DNA of 58,825 bases, counting the filler, from Sphacelaria rigidula (Eukaryota): assembly GCA_964200075.2 (NCBI GenBank). It is 7 parts of 7 records of this genome, joined end to end, with 100 filler letters (N's around TTAATTAATTAA, not from the genome) between each part and the next. Parts side by side here need not be neighbours in the genome. Positions count along the whole stretch, not along the records: positions 33,675 to 41,991 come from CAXNAA020011544.1; positions 42,092 to 50,408 come from CAXNAA020011545.1; positions 50,509 to 58,825 come from CAXNAA020011546.1; 4 more parts are not named here. One strand, 5' to 3'. The notes beneath the pieces are model-generated. The model was not told where the DNA came from, did no database searches, and saw only the letters and a list, made by a program, of their open reading frames with translations. A program made the position numbers and the translations under genes. Every line of letters starts with the position of its first letter. The stretch's first letter is position 1. Below are positions 38,822 through 51,654 of the stretch, piece by piece.

Positions 38822-38854
<33 letters not shown>

Positions 38855-39870
38855 GCATGTTGATGGTGTTGAGTTTATGGATCGGAATAGTATTGTGGGT
38901 TTGTAGGGTAGCAATAGGCTGGTGCCGGGTGTGGATAGAAGGGCATTTGATGTTGGGTTGGATGGTAGTAGTACGGAAGTTGGGATGTGTAGTGCGTGCT
39001 CGTCTGGTTGAAGCGGAGGTTGTTGCGGTTAATGTGGGGGTTTCGGACTGTGGTGGTGTTGAGCACGGCTTCTGCACGCAATGGGCGAAACCAGCGCCGT
39101 CAAAAGCATTTACGTCGTTAGAGGCGAAGTCATCTCCGTCAGCGTAGCTCTCATTCTGTTGGGAATAGTTGGCATGAGGATGGAAATCGCTGGAAGAAGA
39201 ATCACGAGGGGGTGGTATCCACCGTGATGCGTTCCATGTTGATCCCAGCAGGACACGTATGAGATGAGTGTCTGAAATCCTGATCGCTTGTCAGCGATCG
39301 AAATTCCTTCGCCCGTCGCCTCCTGAGTGGGTTATCACCTCTAACACCGATCACAGTCATGGCACACAGGTGAACCACAAGAACAATTCTGCTGGGGGGT
39401 TCCTGAGGAATGTTGAGATGGACCACGGTACCGTCGAGATGGTGAGGAAGTAGAGGAATAGCCGTTACCTTCACGGCCGTCACAACCGTCATACCTTGAT
39501 TGATGATGGTCGTGACTGGGGTTATGGTATTGCGATGATCCCTACCTCGTCCCTGACCATTCCGGCATGATGATTCGTCGGGACGGTGGTTCTGCTGGTG
39601 ATACAAAGTATTACACCCCCAACAGCCAGCTCAGCAGTCACGGTACTGATGCTGGGAGTTGGGAGAGTTGTGGTGAAGACGGTGATCGGACTGATTGATG
39701 TGGGTGCGGTGGTTGTCGGGGTGGTTTGAGGAGTGATTTGAACAGCATGATTCCATGTGGGATCGCCCTTTTCCCTCCCATTTTGTCGCCTTCTTACCGA
39801 TGCGGCCCCATCGGGACCTCCAGATGCAGTAGCAGCAAGGGCACGGCTAGATACACTTCCTGCTCTGCTT
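36620..39870 (-). mobile_element. Decayed Ty1/copia retrotransposon internal region (gag-like part, protease, Pro/Ser linker, RT start); no integrase core or LTRs seen
   Basis: Copia protease motif WITDTGALRHITG at ~38380-38420. RT-like FGELYASNVAVSTVRL...RHFD...EDAFMRLLPGC at ~36690-36850. Many stops. Confidence 0.75.
37150..37420 (-). repeat. 51-bp (17-aa) Pro/Ser/Thr tandem repeat inside the copia remnant
   Basis: Units begin YGAYGAAGTCGGCGGCAA.. and translate on the minus strand as (Q)MPLPPTSS... Confidence 0.65.
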
Positions 39871-39892
39871 CTAGACTGCTCCAGCTCAGCAT

Positions 39893-40087
39893 TTGATTGA
39901 TTGATTGATTATCTCACATTAGCTGATTGTAACAATCCAGCCCACGGTCAGGAGCAGCAAAAATAGAACATAATAATAAAAAAATACAAAAAAAGAAAGG
40001 AAGGGACAGAAAAAGGACAGAAGCAACGGCCTCAGAAGGGAAAGAAAGGGGGCAGCGATAACAACAAAAAACACCAACACCAACACC

Positions 40088-40119
<32 letters not shown>

Positions 40120-40131
40120 ACAAGAAACAAG

Positions 40132-40179
<48 letters not shown>

Positions 40180-41991
40180 ACAACAACAGCAACAAACAAC
40201 AACAGCAACAAACAACAACAGCAGTAACAACAGAATAACGACAAACACAAACACAAGCACGAACAAAGACAAAAAGGATGATGATCGCGCATTACGTAGC
40301 TGATTGCAACACTCCAGCTCGTAATCAGAAACAAAAAGGAGAAACATGAAAGAAAAATGAAAGAAAAATGAAAGAAAAATGAGAGAAGCATGAAAGAAAG
40401 GAAAATAAAAATAAAATAATAGAACGTAAAAAAAAGGGAATACAATAGACAAGAAGACAGAGCCAGACTCGTTCCGGCGGCGGAGGGGAGGGGGGGAGAA
40501 GCACAGACGAAACAAAAGCAAACAAAAAAAAGAAGAAACCACCAGGAACAGAAGATGAACAAAGCAGAGATGGGGACCAAATACATGCCCTGCGTATCTG
40601 GCGTAGGCTATGGTGAGTTGCTGTTGGTACTGTCGGTCCCAGGTGCTGTCGGTGCATCTTGGCCTGCAGCTTTCGCGTGCCGTATCACTGCCTCTGCGTC
40701 ATCCGTTTGGCACCAGTCCGCCATAAACCTTTCTGCTCCCTGTTCAACACAGCTGTGCCACTCTACTGCATTCAAGGCTCTGGTAGTCCACCCCTGCCAC
40801 TTGATACCGAACGCCTTCATGTCTTCCGCTAGGCAGCGGATCCAATCCTTGTGCCTGCCGTTAAACTCTCTTTTTTGCCCCTTCACGACTATGATTTCAC
40901 CGAACATGACGTGTTTTGGTATCCGTCCGGGTGACATGCGCGTGACGAAACCGGCAAAATGGAGTCTCCTCTTTCTCACCGTCGTCTCGATGCTTTCGCA
41001 TCCTGCCCTCGCGAGGGTCTCTCGGTATGACAGAACGTGGTCTGTGCGATTGAGCTTGTGCCATCCAAGATAGCGCCTGAGCAACGTATGGTGGGCCGTG
41101 CGCAGTGTACTGTAGTGACCGATGAGAGGGGTCCATGTGACGCACCCGTACAGGAGTGCTTCGACAGCCTCGGCTTTGATCATGCGGACCTTGAGGTGGA
41201 TGGCCGCGTTCGGTCGATTGTACAGTTGGATTTTGTACTTATGGTAGCTCGACCATGCCCCTCGTACGCGCTTGTTGATTTCCACCGAGAGGTCGCCACT
41301 CTCCGTAATCGACCCCTTAGGTAAAGAAAGTTGTCTGTTTGTTCGTATACCTGACCAGCCGCGTTGATGTCAAGGCGCCCCGCCGGTGAGTGCAGTCGCA
41401 TGGTGTTCGTCTTTGCTTCCGACGCGGTCAACGCGAACTCTCCGCAGATCGTCACAATCACAGTCATCATCTTCTCGAGGCTCGATGGTGTCCGCGAGAC
41501 GATGCAGGCGTCATCGGCGCACAGCATACTCCATAGGGACCGTTCCTCTTCCGCCGCTATTGCTGTGGCCACATCTGGCTCGACCCATGCTACAGCACGT
41601 TCCTGGTGGAAATCTCCCTTTTCGCGCTTCCGGACTCGCACCAGGTCCCCCAAGATGTCAGGGTCATCGCGGAAGACTGCCAGGGCCACCGTGAGTGCTG
41701 CCGTAAAGGAGATGTTGAACAGCAGTGGTGCTAGGACGCATCCCTGTCGGAGGCCTTGGTCGATGTCGAACCATTCCGAGTATTCCCCGTCGTTCGTGCG
41801 CACCCGAGCTTGCATGCCATCGTGGAATTGGCGGATGATCGAGAGCATGATGGGTGGGACGCCATAGCGTTCCAGGACTTTCCACAGCAGTGGGCGGTCG
41901 ACAGAATCGTATGCTTTCGTGAGGTCGACGAAACACATGTAGAGCGGGATCTGTCGTCTCCGGCCAAGTTCCTGGAGTCGTCGGACGGTGA
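39893..41991 (-). mobile_element. RTE-like LINE, 3' half (reverse transcriptase, C-terminus, 3' UTR and (ATCA)n tail); inactivated
   Basis: ORFs 41180-41938 ([31 protein letters not shown] where YADD is expected) and 40608-41285 (ALLYGCVTW, RRLHFAGFV, HVMFGE) are offset by a frameshift. The UTR is microsatellite-rich. The 5' end is cut by the scaffold end. Confidence 0.92.
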
Positions 41992-43115
41992 NNNNNNNNN
42001 NNNNNNNNNNNNNNNNNNNNNNNNNNNNNNNNNNNTTAATTAATTAANNNNNNNNNNNNNNNNNNNNNNNNNNNNNNNNNNNNNNNNNNNNTTTTATGGC
42101 TGTTATTGTGGTTTTTTCCTTTTTTTTTTGTTTTCTGTTGCTGTTGCTTCTGTCCTTTTCTGTTTTTCCTTTCTTCTTTTTTTTTTATGCTATTCCTGAC
42201 CACGGGCTGGATTGTTGCAATCAGCTCATGTGGGGTAATAAATCAGTCAAATCAATCGCTCAAAAAAAAAAATCGCTCAAAAAAATAGGAACTTCCCCAC
42301 CCCCCAACAACACAAGACATTTTAGTCTGGGGCAATGAGACTTTCAGGTTCATGTGCGGTTTTTTAGGTTGTGCGTCATACCTTCGTATGCAACCCCGTG
42401 GTTGCCGTCTATGATGACGTGTACGCGCAAAACAATGATATATCGATATTCTTATGGTGTATTCGTCCAATCGAGTAGCTTCCCAACCTTCATGACTGGA
42501 ATAGAAGCTTGAGCGACGCCCCCCCCCCCTCCTACATTCCTCTGAGCATCCTTGACGGCTTGAGAACACCAACGTAAGCAGTTCTACTAGCCGGATTGCG
42601 GTAATGCGAGCAGTCGACCGCGGCCACCGCGAAAGCATCCCCCTTTCAAGTCCGGCAGACCTCGGAAATATACCGCAGGAGCAAGGGTGTACTCATGATC
42701 ATGCATGCCAAAGTCATAAGAGCATTGACCTCGCATCCCTACAATGCCGGGACGGAGNNNNNNNNNNCCCATGACGCCGGGTTTTCGCCGGACCAGGCTT
42801 GCACTCGAACCACCAAGCGCGAAGCGCCGTGGTGTGTTTGGCAAGTCGCATGAAGGGTGAGCTACATCCTGCTCAGATTTTCGGTTTGGCCCGAAGCCTA
42901 CTGGATATCTTGCATTTGGATGATAGCCAACAACGAGTTGCTTATTTCTGTGGTATCGCTACTTCCAGAGTCAGCCACGGCTTCTACACTGCCTCATGGG
43001 TGTCTAACCAGGAGGAGGAGAAAGGGGGGCGATTCTATTTCCGATCTAGACTGCACGAGGAAGGGCACAGCACGACCGTGCCAGACAGCTGGCGAATGCT
43101 TTATGTTGAACTCAC

Positions 43116-43208
43116 CCCGTCCACCCCGCCAAAGAAAAAGTTACCCTCGCCGTTGCTGCATGGCTCTTGAAGACATATCAACCCGCCAAGCTGCGCCATA
43201 GCCTCCAC
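43116..43208 (-). CDS. fabZ: FabZ exon 2 (VEAMAQLGGLICLQEPCSNGEGNFFFGGVDG); later exons are not in this scaffold
   Basis: Acceptor GCACAG| and donor |GTGAGT, 93 nt, phase 0-0. It continues PGVLQ-VEAMAQ with the catalytic Glu. It is not in the ORF track and was found by reading the minus strand. Intron 1 is 43209-47266. Confidence 0.93.
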
Positions 43209-44191
43209 CTGTGCCGTCAAAAATCGAAAATAATGTCGGCAACGATATCAGGAAATAAGATGGTGTGAGCGGGGTGGGTGTAGAGCCACCACTTAAAGCT
43301 GGGGGTATCAGTTACCGTGGCCGGAAGCATGGTTGAATTCAAGAATCACAGTGCTTGAGACCCTCTGGATTTGATTGCCTGTCGCGCTTTAACTGAACCC
43401 CCAGAGGATGGCGAATGTGGGGTTCCATTTTTTTTTCAGATCGGCCATTTCTTTCTGTGCTTTGGTTTTGTTCACTTTTTACTTAATATATTTTATTTGT
43501 TTATTATTACTTTTATTTTACGTCCTGGTCTGCTATGCCGTTCTGCTCGACTTTTTCTGTTCCTTCTTTTTCTTCAGCGAGTGTTTCAGGTTTGTTTTCT
43601 CTTGTATGCTTTTCCTCTTCACCCCATTGAACTCGGGGAAGCTACGATATTCTCATGTTTTTCTTGGCGTCTCTTTTCTTATTTTCATTTTGGTAAAACT
43701 ATTTTACTTCATTATGTTTGTTCTTGTAATTAGGCTGGAGTCTCTGAAAAAAATGACGGAGGACTCCATGTCTTGTGAGGAATAGCAGGGACGGTATTGG
43801 AAAGACGAGCCTACGTCTGTGACCACGGGTTCGAGAGATCGCACCAATGTGCAGAAATAATAATAATGATAGTAATTGCAATCGTACACAACTCTACCCA
43901 ACATTCAGGTAGGGATTGGAGATCGGACCAGCGCAACACAAGACTCAGGAGAGTAAATACGTAATGCCCAGAATTCACCCTACCCAACACATCCTTGCCA
44001 AAATTCAAACTAACCAACCAGATCGCCAGCAGCTAGCTCCCCAGCCTTGTGGGGTTTACTTTTCAGAATTTTCAGATGATATCGTCTGTCACAAATGCGT
44101 CACAAGTTTTCTTCGAGGTAGTTGTATGTGCTACGGACCAATTTAGAAATATGAAGGATCGAAATAGGTCGAATGCATGCGCGGGGGCAAA

Positions 44192-44225
<34 letters not shown>

Positions 44226-46384
44226 TGACACATCCTTTTTACAGCAGTTCTCGTCGGGAACAACACAGAGTCTGGAGCGTTACATTCTTCTGTGTGCGCC
44301 AACGCCCACCACGTTGCGTAGTAGGAGTCGATTTCGGCTCAACGAGCAGGAGTAGGCTGTTTTAGAGGGTGGCGTCCTGAAAAACAATTGTGTGTAAGGG
44401 CCACTTCTTCGACTAGATTTGATGGGAACGAATCTCCATTATGTGTACACCTTGATCTGTATAACACAGGGAGAACTCATATCTGCGAAAGTCGGATCCA
44501 CGGGGACCATTTTATGGTCTCCCAGATTTTCGAAATACTGTAGTTCTGTACACGGACGGTTATTTTCTGCAAGAGTGTGGTATCGCGTACTCGTGAAGCC
44601 GAAGAGTAAGCATGCGGTGAATAATCCTTGGAGTACAGTGTCGTACCGTGGTACCCTAGGGTAATACAATGCAGTACTACTGCACAATCACAGTACACGA
44701 TAATGCCGAGTGGAAATACATGATGGTACAGTCGGCATTGGGAGGACAGGGAACGAACAGCGTGCGAGAAGACTTCAATAGTGCAGTGTCACACATCACC
44801 CTGCAATTACAGCGACAACAAAGTAGGGTGGCACAGTAACGGTCGTTATGGTGATACATACGGCAGCACAGTGCAGCATAAAATACAGTACGATCATCGC
44901 CGCCCGGTGCAAGCTCGGCCGCCCAAGATACGAACAGGAATATTGACACGCGATTTCACTGCTCAGTTCCAAGTACTGTAGTTTTCTATTAATTTTGACA
45001 CGAGGTATATGAAGTATATGCGACGACCCTAACTTTCCCCCCCTTTACATTTTTTTTTAGACTTACTTGAGATTTACTCCTGAATAAACTGTTCTGAAGT
45101 GTTCCGTCGCCGATAACTCAAGGACAAAAAAAAATGGAAGGGAGGAAAAATGGGGGTCTTCGCACACACGTTCTATACATCGTGTCAAATTTTCAAAGTA
45201 GTCGATCCAAAATTGAGCAGTGAAATCGCGTTCTTGTGTCGAAAACCGATCCCTGTGTGGAGATGAACAAGCTACGACACGAATAGAAATAGCTGAACCG
45301 CAGTTACGCTGTTCAATTTCGAGTTGTTTTCCATGAAATTTTGACACGATGCATGAGGTATTTTCAAAGACCCTATTCCCCCCCCCCCCCGCGCGAACTA
45401 TTTCTGTTGTTTTCAAAGAGTTGTCGAGGATTTTGTACCGAAAAACTAGTCCGAATTTTGAATCACCGAGAACTCACGATAAAAAAAAAGTGAAGGGGGA
45501 ACAATAGGACCTTTGCATATACCCCATGTACATAGTGTCGCATTTCATAGTAAAACACTCAAAATTGAGCAGCGCAACCGCGTTTTTCTGTTGAGAACCG
45601 GTTGACTTGTTTTTAGGGTACAACCTCAGCCGAAAGTTTGACGTTCTGTACAAGCTTTGTTTACCCACTGCTCACCGGTTCGCACACTGCTGCCTGACGC
45701 ATTGGCGCTCTGGGGGCCTCGTCTACGTGCCATCTTAGATATTGTGCACCTACAGTGCGACATGCATCGTTGTACAACCACAACTTATGCGGCACCACGA
45801 CTTGCGGCCGCGGCACAACCGACTGTAACCGAAAATTCGATTTCAGCCGTTATTTTTTTCCTTATTCCGCCGCACATGTCACCCTCAACTCTCTACACTT
45901 TGCAGCTGACTACAGTGTGATGTTTCGTTTGATGGGATCTTGTCGGATCGCGGTGCTACGTAGATTGAAAGACGCGCCTTGATTTACAGATTACCACGAT
46001 GTGTCATACTTGGCACAACTCGCGATACATCATGAGTTAAAACCGGCTGAAGGAACGTGGGCTTCTTGGGCGGCCCAGCTTGTACAGCGTCGACATTTAC
46101 TATCCGCCTGTCAAACCCCGTGCGAAGCTGCTCCAGCAGCTGGCGCGGGCAGGCACGACCTGTGCTGTTACGAGACTGTATGCTGCTGCGGTTGCAAAAA
46201 TATAAAACGCTTGTTACTATACCATCGTACGTCAACGTATATACGTCGCCGTCCTCAAAATCGAGAAAATCGTTCTCAAATCGCGACATCCCGATTTGAG
46301 GTGCCCCGAACTGCTTACAGATCGAGATTGGTGACTGCCTAAAAACTAGTCTTCTGTGTAAATATATATATATAGTTGAAAGCG

Positions 46385-46733
46385 GCCTTTTCGGTCCTTG
46401 TCTGCCGTTTTATGCCCGAAGAGAGGGCTAGGCGGATGTTGAAACCTTGGAATGACTTGCTCTACTTGTTGAGACCGTTACAGGGTACTTGTGCGGTTTC
46501 CGCTGGCCGTCGTTTTTTCTTGCCAGACTTGCGAAGAACAGGAGATAACTGCCATTTTTTGTAACTCGACCGTTTGTTATTGAGAACGCAAGTTTGGCAA
46601 AAAAACCGCAGCCCCCAGGGAACGCAAAGGTGCCCTGCAACGATCTCAACGAGTAGAGCAACCCGTTCCAAGGTGTCAACATCCGCCTTGCCCTCTTTTC
46701 GGGGGTAAAGCGACGGACAAGGACCAAAAAGGC
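46385..46733. repeat. Imperfect hairpin (~148-bp arms) in fabZ intron 1
   Basis: GCCTTTTCGGTCCTTGTC...CCAGACTTGCG pairs with CGCAAGTTTGG...GACAAGGACCAAAAAGGC. Confidence 0.88.
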
Positions 46734-47266
46734 ACTTCCACTTGATTTTTTTTCGACGCATAAGAAGTGGCATAACGGGGCAACAAACATCCAGCTCGGC
46801 GTCGTCTACGCAAAGCTACCAAAATAAATCTGCCGGAGTTCAAGGCTAAACGCAAGCTAGTATCCGCAGTTGGGTTGCGGCGCACTATCCTAAAAAAGAT
46901 AATCTGGCATTGCTTTTGCGGCTTTTTAGCAGAGACGTTTTCCATCCAAAGAGCAACTGATACCCGAGGGGGAGAAGACGACCCCCGCAAGAGATTCATA
47001 TGGTAGTTGATGCAATCGAAAATTGAGGCTCACGAAGAGGGAGAAGTACTTCAAGTGTGAACGAAAGGATTCAGCAAGGAACATGACAGAAAGTTGAAGT
47101 GAGTGGCCAGTCTTCGCTGTCAGCGACGCGGATAGTCTAACCGACGGAGGATATGCAGTCGCGGATAGTGGATACACGAGTACGCGCACGAGCCAAACGG
47201 AACAATACTCCCTACACCCCGTTCACCACATCACAGAATACGGCCCATTCTCCAAATCCCACGTAC

Positions 47267-47683
47267 CTGAAGGACTCCCGGCATGATTGGGAGGTCAGGA
47301 AAGTGTCCGGTAAATTGTGGCTCATTGTTGGTAATGCACTTAACGCCCACTATCCTCTTCCCGGCTTCAAAGTGTAGCACCTTATCGACCAGCGCAAAAG
47401 GATATCTGTGCGGCAACACCTTGAGAATGTTCTCGGGCACCGTGAAAACGGCCGCTGGGTGCGCGATGCCCTTGCTGATGTCCGCAGCAGTGGGGCCTGA
47501 AGGTTCTGCATCAGCATCAGCATCACCTTCGGACATCCTAAGGGGCGAGGTAGCGATGCTTGTGGTCGCGTGCCTCGTGAGCCCGGTAGTAGGTGACACT
47601 ACGAACGCCTCAGTGGCCCTTCCCAGCAGCGCGCATACTAGGGCAACTACAAGGGCAGCGCCGTGAGAGGATGTTGCGTACAT
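47267..47683 (-). CDS. fabZ: Plastid-targeted 3-hydroxyacyl-ACP dehydratase FabZ, exon 1 (139 codons)
   Basis: FabZ motifs [12 protein letters not shown] and [20 protein letters not shown]. The N-terminus is a hydrophobic signal peptide ending ATEA|FVV followed by a Ser/Thr-rich transit peptide. Phase-0 donor CAG|GTACGT at 47266. Confidence 0.95.
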
Positions 47684-48428
47684 GATCCGATGGCTGTTTT
47701 GATGTGGCTTTGGGGCTCGCCTCCCTCAACGACAACGACGACTAAATCTTTGGTGCTAAAACTGCAGGAACTTCTTCTGAGCTACGTCTCGTTGCTGTCG
47801 GCACCTCTGCTCGGGTCTGGCACGGTGGTGGCCAGGTGGCGGTGAGCGTTGTGCGGTAGGGACGCCTGCAAGATATAATAATTAAAGTTAAGCTTCATCT
47901 CTTTGCCATTGTTTATATAAATCCGTCAAGATCCGATGAATCCGATGATAATCCGATCATTTACTGCATGCCCCCCGTGGCGCTCGTCGAGGCAGCCGGA
48001 AAGCACAGGCGATTACAGACAGCGGGCGAGGAGCAGGGCGCTGCTGGACAAAACAAACACGATTAGCCGGAAGGTGAAGTACACTAAGTGAAGTCGAGGT
48101 TGGTATAGGTGTTGCTATGATTTTCGACAACGAACAGATCTTCTCTCTCGTCTGCAAGGGGCAAGCAGATGTTGGGCTAGGGTGGATTACCGGGGTCCAG
48201 GCTTCTTGAAGACTGCGGGGGTTCAAACATGGTGTGATGCATTTTTGGCTCATGTCACGAGCTCAGCTAAACATTGATTATTGGTCTGCTTCTTGCTGTC
48301 AACGTAGTTGGCTGTTGTTTTGTTGCCAGTTGAACCGTGTACGGAAATCTCTATTTGTCACCACCTTTGTGAACAATGTGCGCCCAAATACCACGCCCCT
48401 TTTGCCCCTGGCGGCCTGCCTCCACCAA

Positions 48429-49380
48429 GGAAGCAAGGGAGCTTCGCTGTGCTCTTTGGCCGAACTCCATGCAGGTAAATACAGCTGTTCTCATGTCTTG
48501 CACCCTGCAGGTTACACATGAACCATCCTCACTGCCTTCACATTTTTTGCTCGTTACTCGATACCCTTTCCCCCCACCCTCAACAGGTTATACCTGCCCA
48601 CGCCAGCGGACAAGAGGACCTTGATTGTCCAAGAAAAGCGGGGCGAGAAGAAGGGGGAGGGGTACACAAACGCACTCACCTGCTCTCTACTCACGCAAGG
48701 GCTGTTTGCCAGCTACATCTCTGGCAGAAAATCCTTGTGGCGGACTGCTCCAAGCGACGCAGGGGGAAGCAATCGTGTATCAGTTTTGTGATCGGCGAGC
48801 ACTTGGCATTACAGCACTATAGAATTGATCACGAAGAGAGAATTTCGTCGGGAGAGAGGCGTGTTCTTGGGCCTGGAGGACAGCAATATCTAGTTGGTGG
48901 TCCACCAGGACGAAATGGCAGCTGATGAGGTAGCAGCACCGGAGCCCGCAGCGAACGGAAGTGCTGAGGCAGAGACCGAGGCGGATGGGGCGAATCAAGC
49001 GGGGGAAGGGGAGGGTGGGGATGGTGCCGAAGCTGGCAGCAATGGAGTGGAGGCTCCGTATCAGGGCAAGGTTAGTGCTTACTTTTAAACGTTCGTTGGT
49101 ACCGTACGTGACGGTGTATAACACCCCCACATTCACGCAGACATGGACTTCCTTGGAAACTGCGAAGGCCACGCCGCCGAAGATTTTGTGTCGTCGTAAA
49201 CGTGTCGAATGGTGGCGGCTCTACGGAGCGTAGGACCCTTGATTCTGGAGAAAATGGTGAACAAACTTACTACCCGGGGTGTTGTCCTCCGGTACTGACG
49301 ACAGTGACGACCTACGGCATTTTGTGAGCTATCATCGCTGGTTAAGCAGTTGGCAGCCAGCGCGGTGATGTTGGCGATTG
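48429..49380 (+). pseudogene. Exon-like blocks divergent from fabZ; unknown gene, probably decayed
   Basis: Phase-matched splice KQGSFAVLFGRTPC-RLYLPTPADKRTL..., an acidic Gly/Ala-rich block DEMAADEVAAPEP...YQGK ending at |GTTAGT, and a block at ~49141-49379 with stops ending at |GTAAGT. Confidence 0.35.
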
Positions 49381-51654
49381 TAAGTATTGCTGGTGACTTG
49401 TTGTACTTCGCAGCAGTAGCCTTATTGCACCTCAATCGACGCCGACAGGTTGTTCACTTTGAAGTAGGCATTTACTCATGACTGGTACATACGACGGACG
49501 ACTACTCAGCTACCTAGCTACATAAGCTAATCCCTCTATGCAATGACCCAAGCGCCTTCCAAAGTCCAAACGACCTACATGAGTACGTTATCTACGGTGA
49601 ACCAAGTATATTATCGTGTGTGCGAAGGCGCCTCCTGCACAATGGGCGGTGGGTGTCCAGTACAAATCGTGAGCAGTACTTCAAATGCTAAGTTACAGTA
49701 TATCATCCTACATTGGAGCCACCATTCGTTCCTTCAATATCATACCAGGTAGTCGCTTACCCAGTCATGACCCAGGAGTCCTGCCACCTGTAGTATCGCG
49801 GTACTGATAATCGTTCGTCCCGAGTAGTTGAGCGTACCGTCGGTAGGCGCAAATTCGAACCCGATAGATAAACGAGTCGCTCGTGTGAAACGTGAAATGA
49901 ATATCCAGTACGAGTAGTATTTGGCATTTCCTGTGCATGGACGTCCGTAGTGCTCGCTCTGTATATACGAGAGGTAATGTGGTGATCTGGACTGCTCATT
50001 CGTAGGGTACTATTGAAGCTTCCGTTTCATATGAGGTATATGGCTGTAGGGCAAGCCCTCTTCGGATCTTGTCGTTATTGCCGCTCGTGAGTCATGTACC
50101 TATTCACTGTTAAAAATGGGCAGCTGGAAGCCTGATATTTCCCAACCACGCTTCTGAGTACGTTTCCCGTTTTGTCACAGCTTCAAACTTACCCAATTCT
50201 CTCCAAACACATGAGCTAGTGTTTTGTCTTGGTTGTACACATGTGAGTACCAAGGTACATTTTCGACCTAAACACGCCTACGCACATGCATCAGGATATC
50301 GTCCCCTCAGTGAAATCCCAGGGATGTTCCCATAGAACAAATGTTCCACGGTTAGGACAAATCATCACGACTCAAAATCACCAAATTCACGATTTCTTTG
50401 GCCTGATTNNNNNNNNNNNNNNNNNNNNNNNNNNNNNNNNNNNNNNNNNNNNTTAATTAATTAANNNNNNNNNNNNNNNNNNNNNNNNNNNNNNNNNNNN
50501 NNNNNNNNCAGATGGGCACCTTCCCCTTGATTAGACGACTAATACAATATGCGGATCACGGCCCAACTCGTCTGCGTCGAAGAGATATTGCTTTTAGAGC
50601 TTAAATCTGTTTTTAGGCTGGCCCAGCTCGTATCGACAGGCAGTTTTTTATTCAGATCAAAGCCCAGATCTGCGCTCAGGGAGTAAATGCGGCGGTTCTG
50701 GAAGTGGTAGTTAGTCCAAAATGTCTGTACTGCAAAGAGGTAACACAGCGCCGACACACCCAGCCACGAAAACAGACGGATATATATTCACCAGTCACTC
50801 GCATTAGCTCAAGCGCTAGCTCTTGATCATCTACACCCGACAGCCTATGTTTGACGGAAATCCGTCCAGTATTAAATGAAACGCGGCCGCTTGCGTGTCA
50901 ACTAGCAACCCAAAACGTGCTGTTGCTGACTGTGTTTGAGCGAGTGCTATGCGCGCGTCTCACGCAAATCATCATTTCTCACTGAATTCTGAACCGATTT
51001 GAACAAGGTCACGCACAGCGTGCTCAGCTGATGAGCAGCAATGCATGGAGCGGTGTGTTTTGGTTTGAGAGGCTAATGCAATCCTCAGGTTCATGTTTGA
51101 TTGTGCTGACTTGTCTGTCAAGACTTCGGTTATGCCCCTGTCAACGGGATGTTTTATGTTCCCGTTCGAGGTGTCACAAAATCACTTTTGCAAAAGTGAT
51201 TTTTTGGCACTTTTTGGAGGGGGTGGTATCGCAGCAACCAATCATCGGTCGTTTTTTACAAAACTGATTTTTTTAAAAGTGATAATCACTTCTGATAAGA
51301 CGCCGCCTAACTGGGTAGAGAATGATACGAGGCCGGCGGGATCCATTGCACAGTCAGCGTGCTCAACTGCCGCTGTACCCACTATGATCGTCATCAGACA
51401 GCAGGGTGAAAAAAACGTGATCGCGCCCATTATGATTATCCACCGTATGAATGCAGACCGGGCCATGAGCGACTTGTCAGCGACTTCTCCTGCTGTGGCT
51501 GTGACAGTAACACCTTTCTCTAATATCAATCTACACATCCTCGAAGTTTCGGCGTAATCTGACGCGGGATGCGGATGCTCTTCACGCTTAAGCTGCCAAA
51601 ACACCGCCTCGATATTATCGAAAAGGAACAACACTGGTAATGGTAATGACAATA

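Noticed and set aside
38650..38860. Poly-Pro/poly-Gly ORFs and G-run duplication (also at 7615-7810)
   Set aside because: Long G/C homopolymers flanking short N gaps suggest low-quality sequence, so the ORFs are not credible.
39914..40657. Hydrophobic or poly-Cys/Leu/Val ORFs (also 20755-21459 and 43371-43785)
   Set aside because: These are translations of microsatellite-rich retroposon 3' UTRs.
8320..50508. TTAATTAATTAA motif recurring every ~8.4 kb as a biological periodic signal
   Set aside because: It is always embedded in N44 runs and is an assembly linker.
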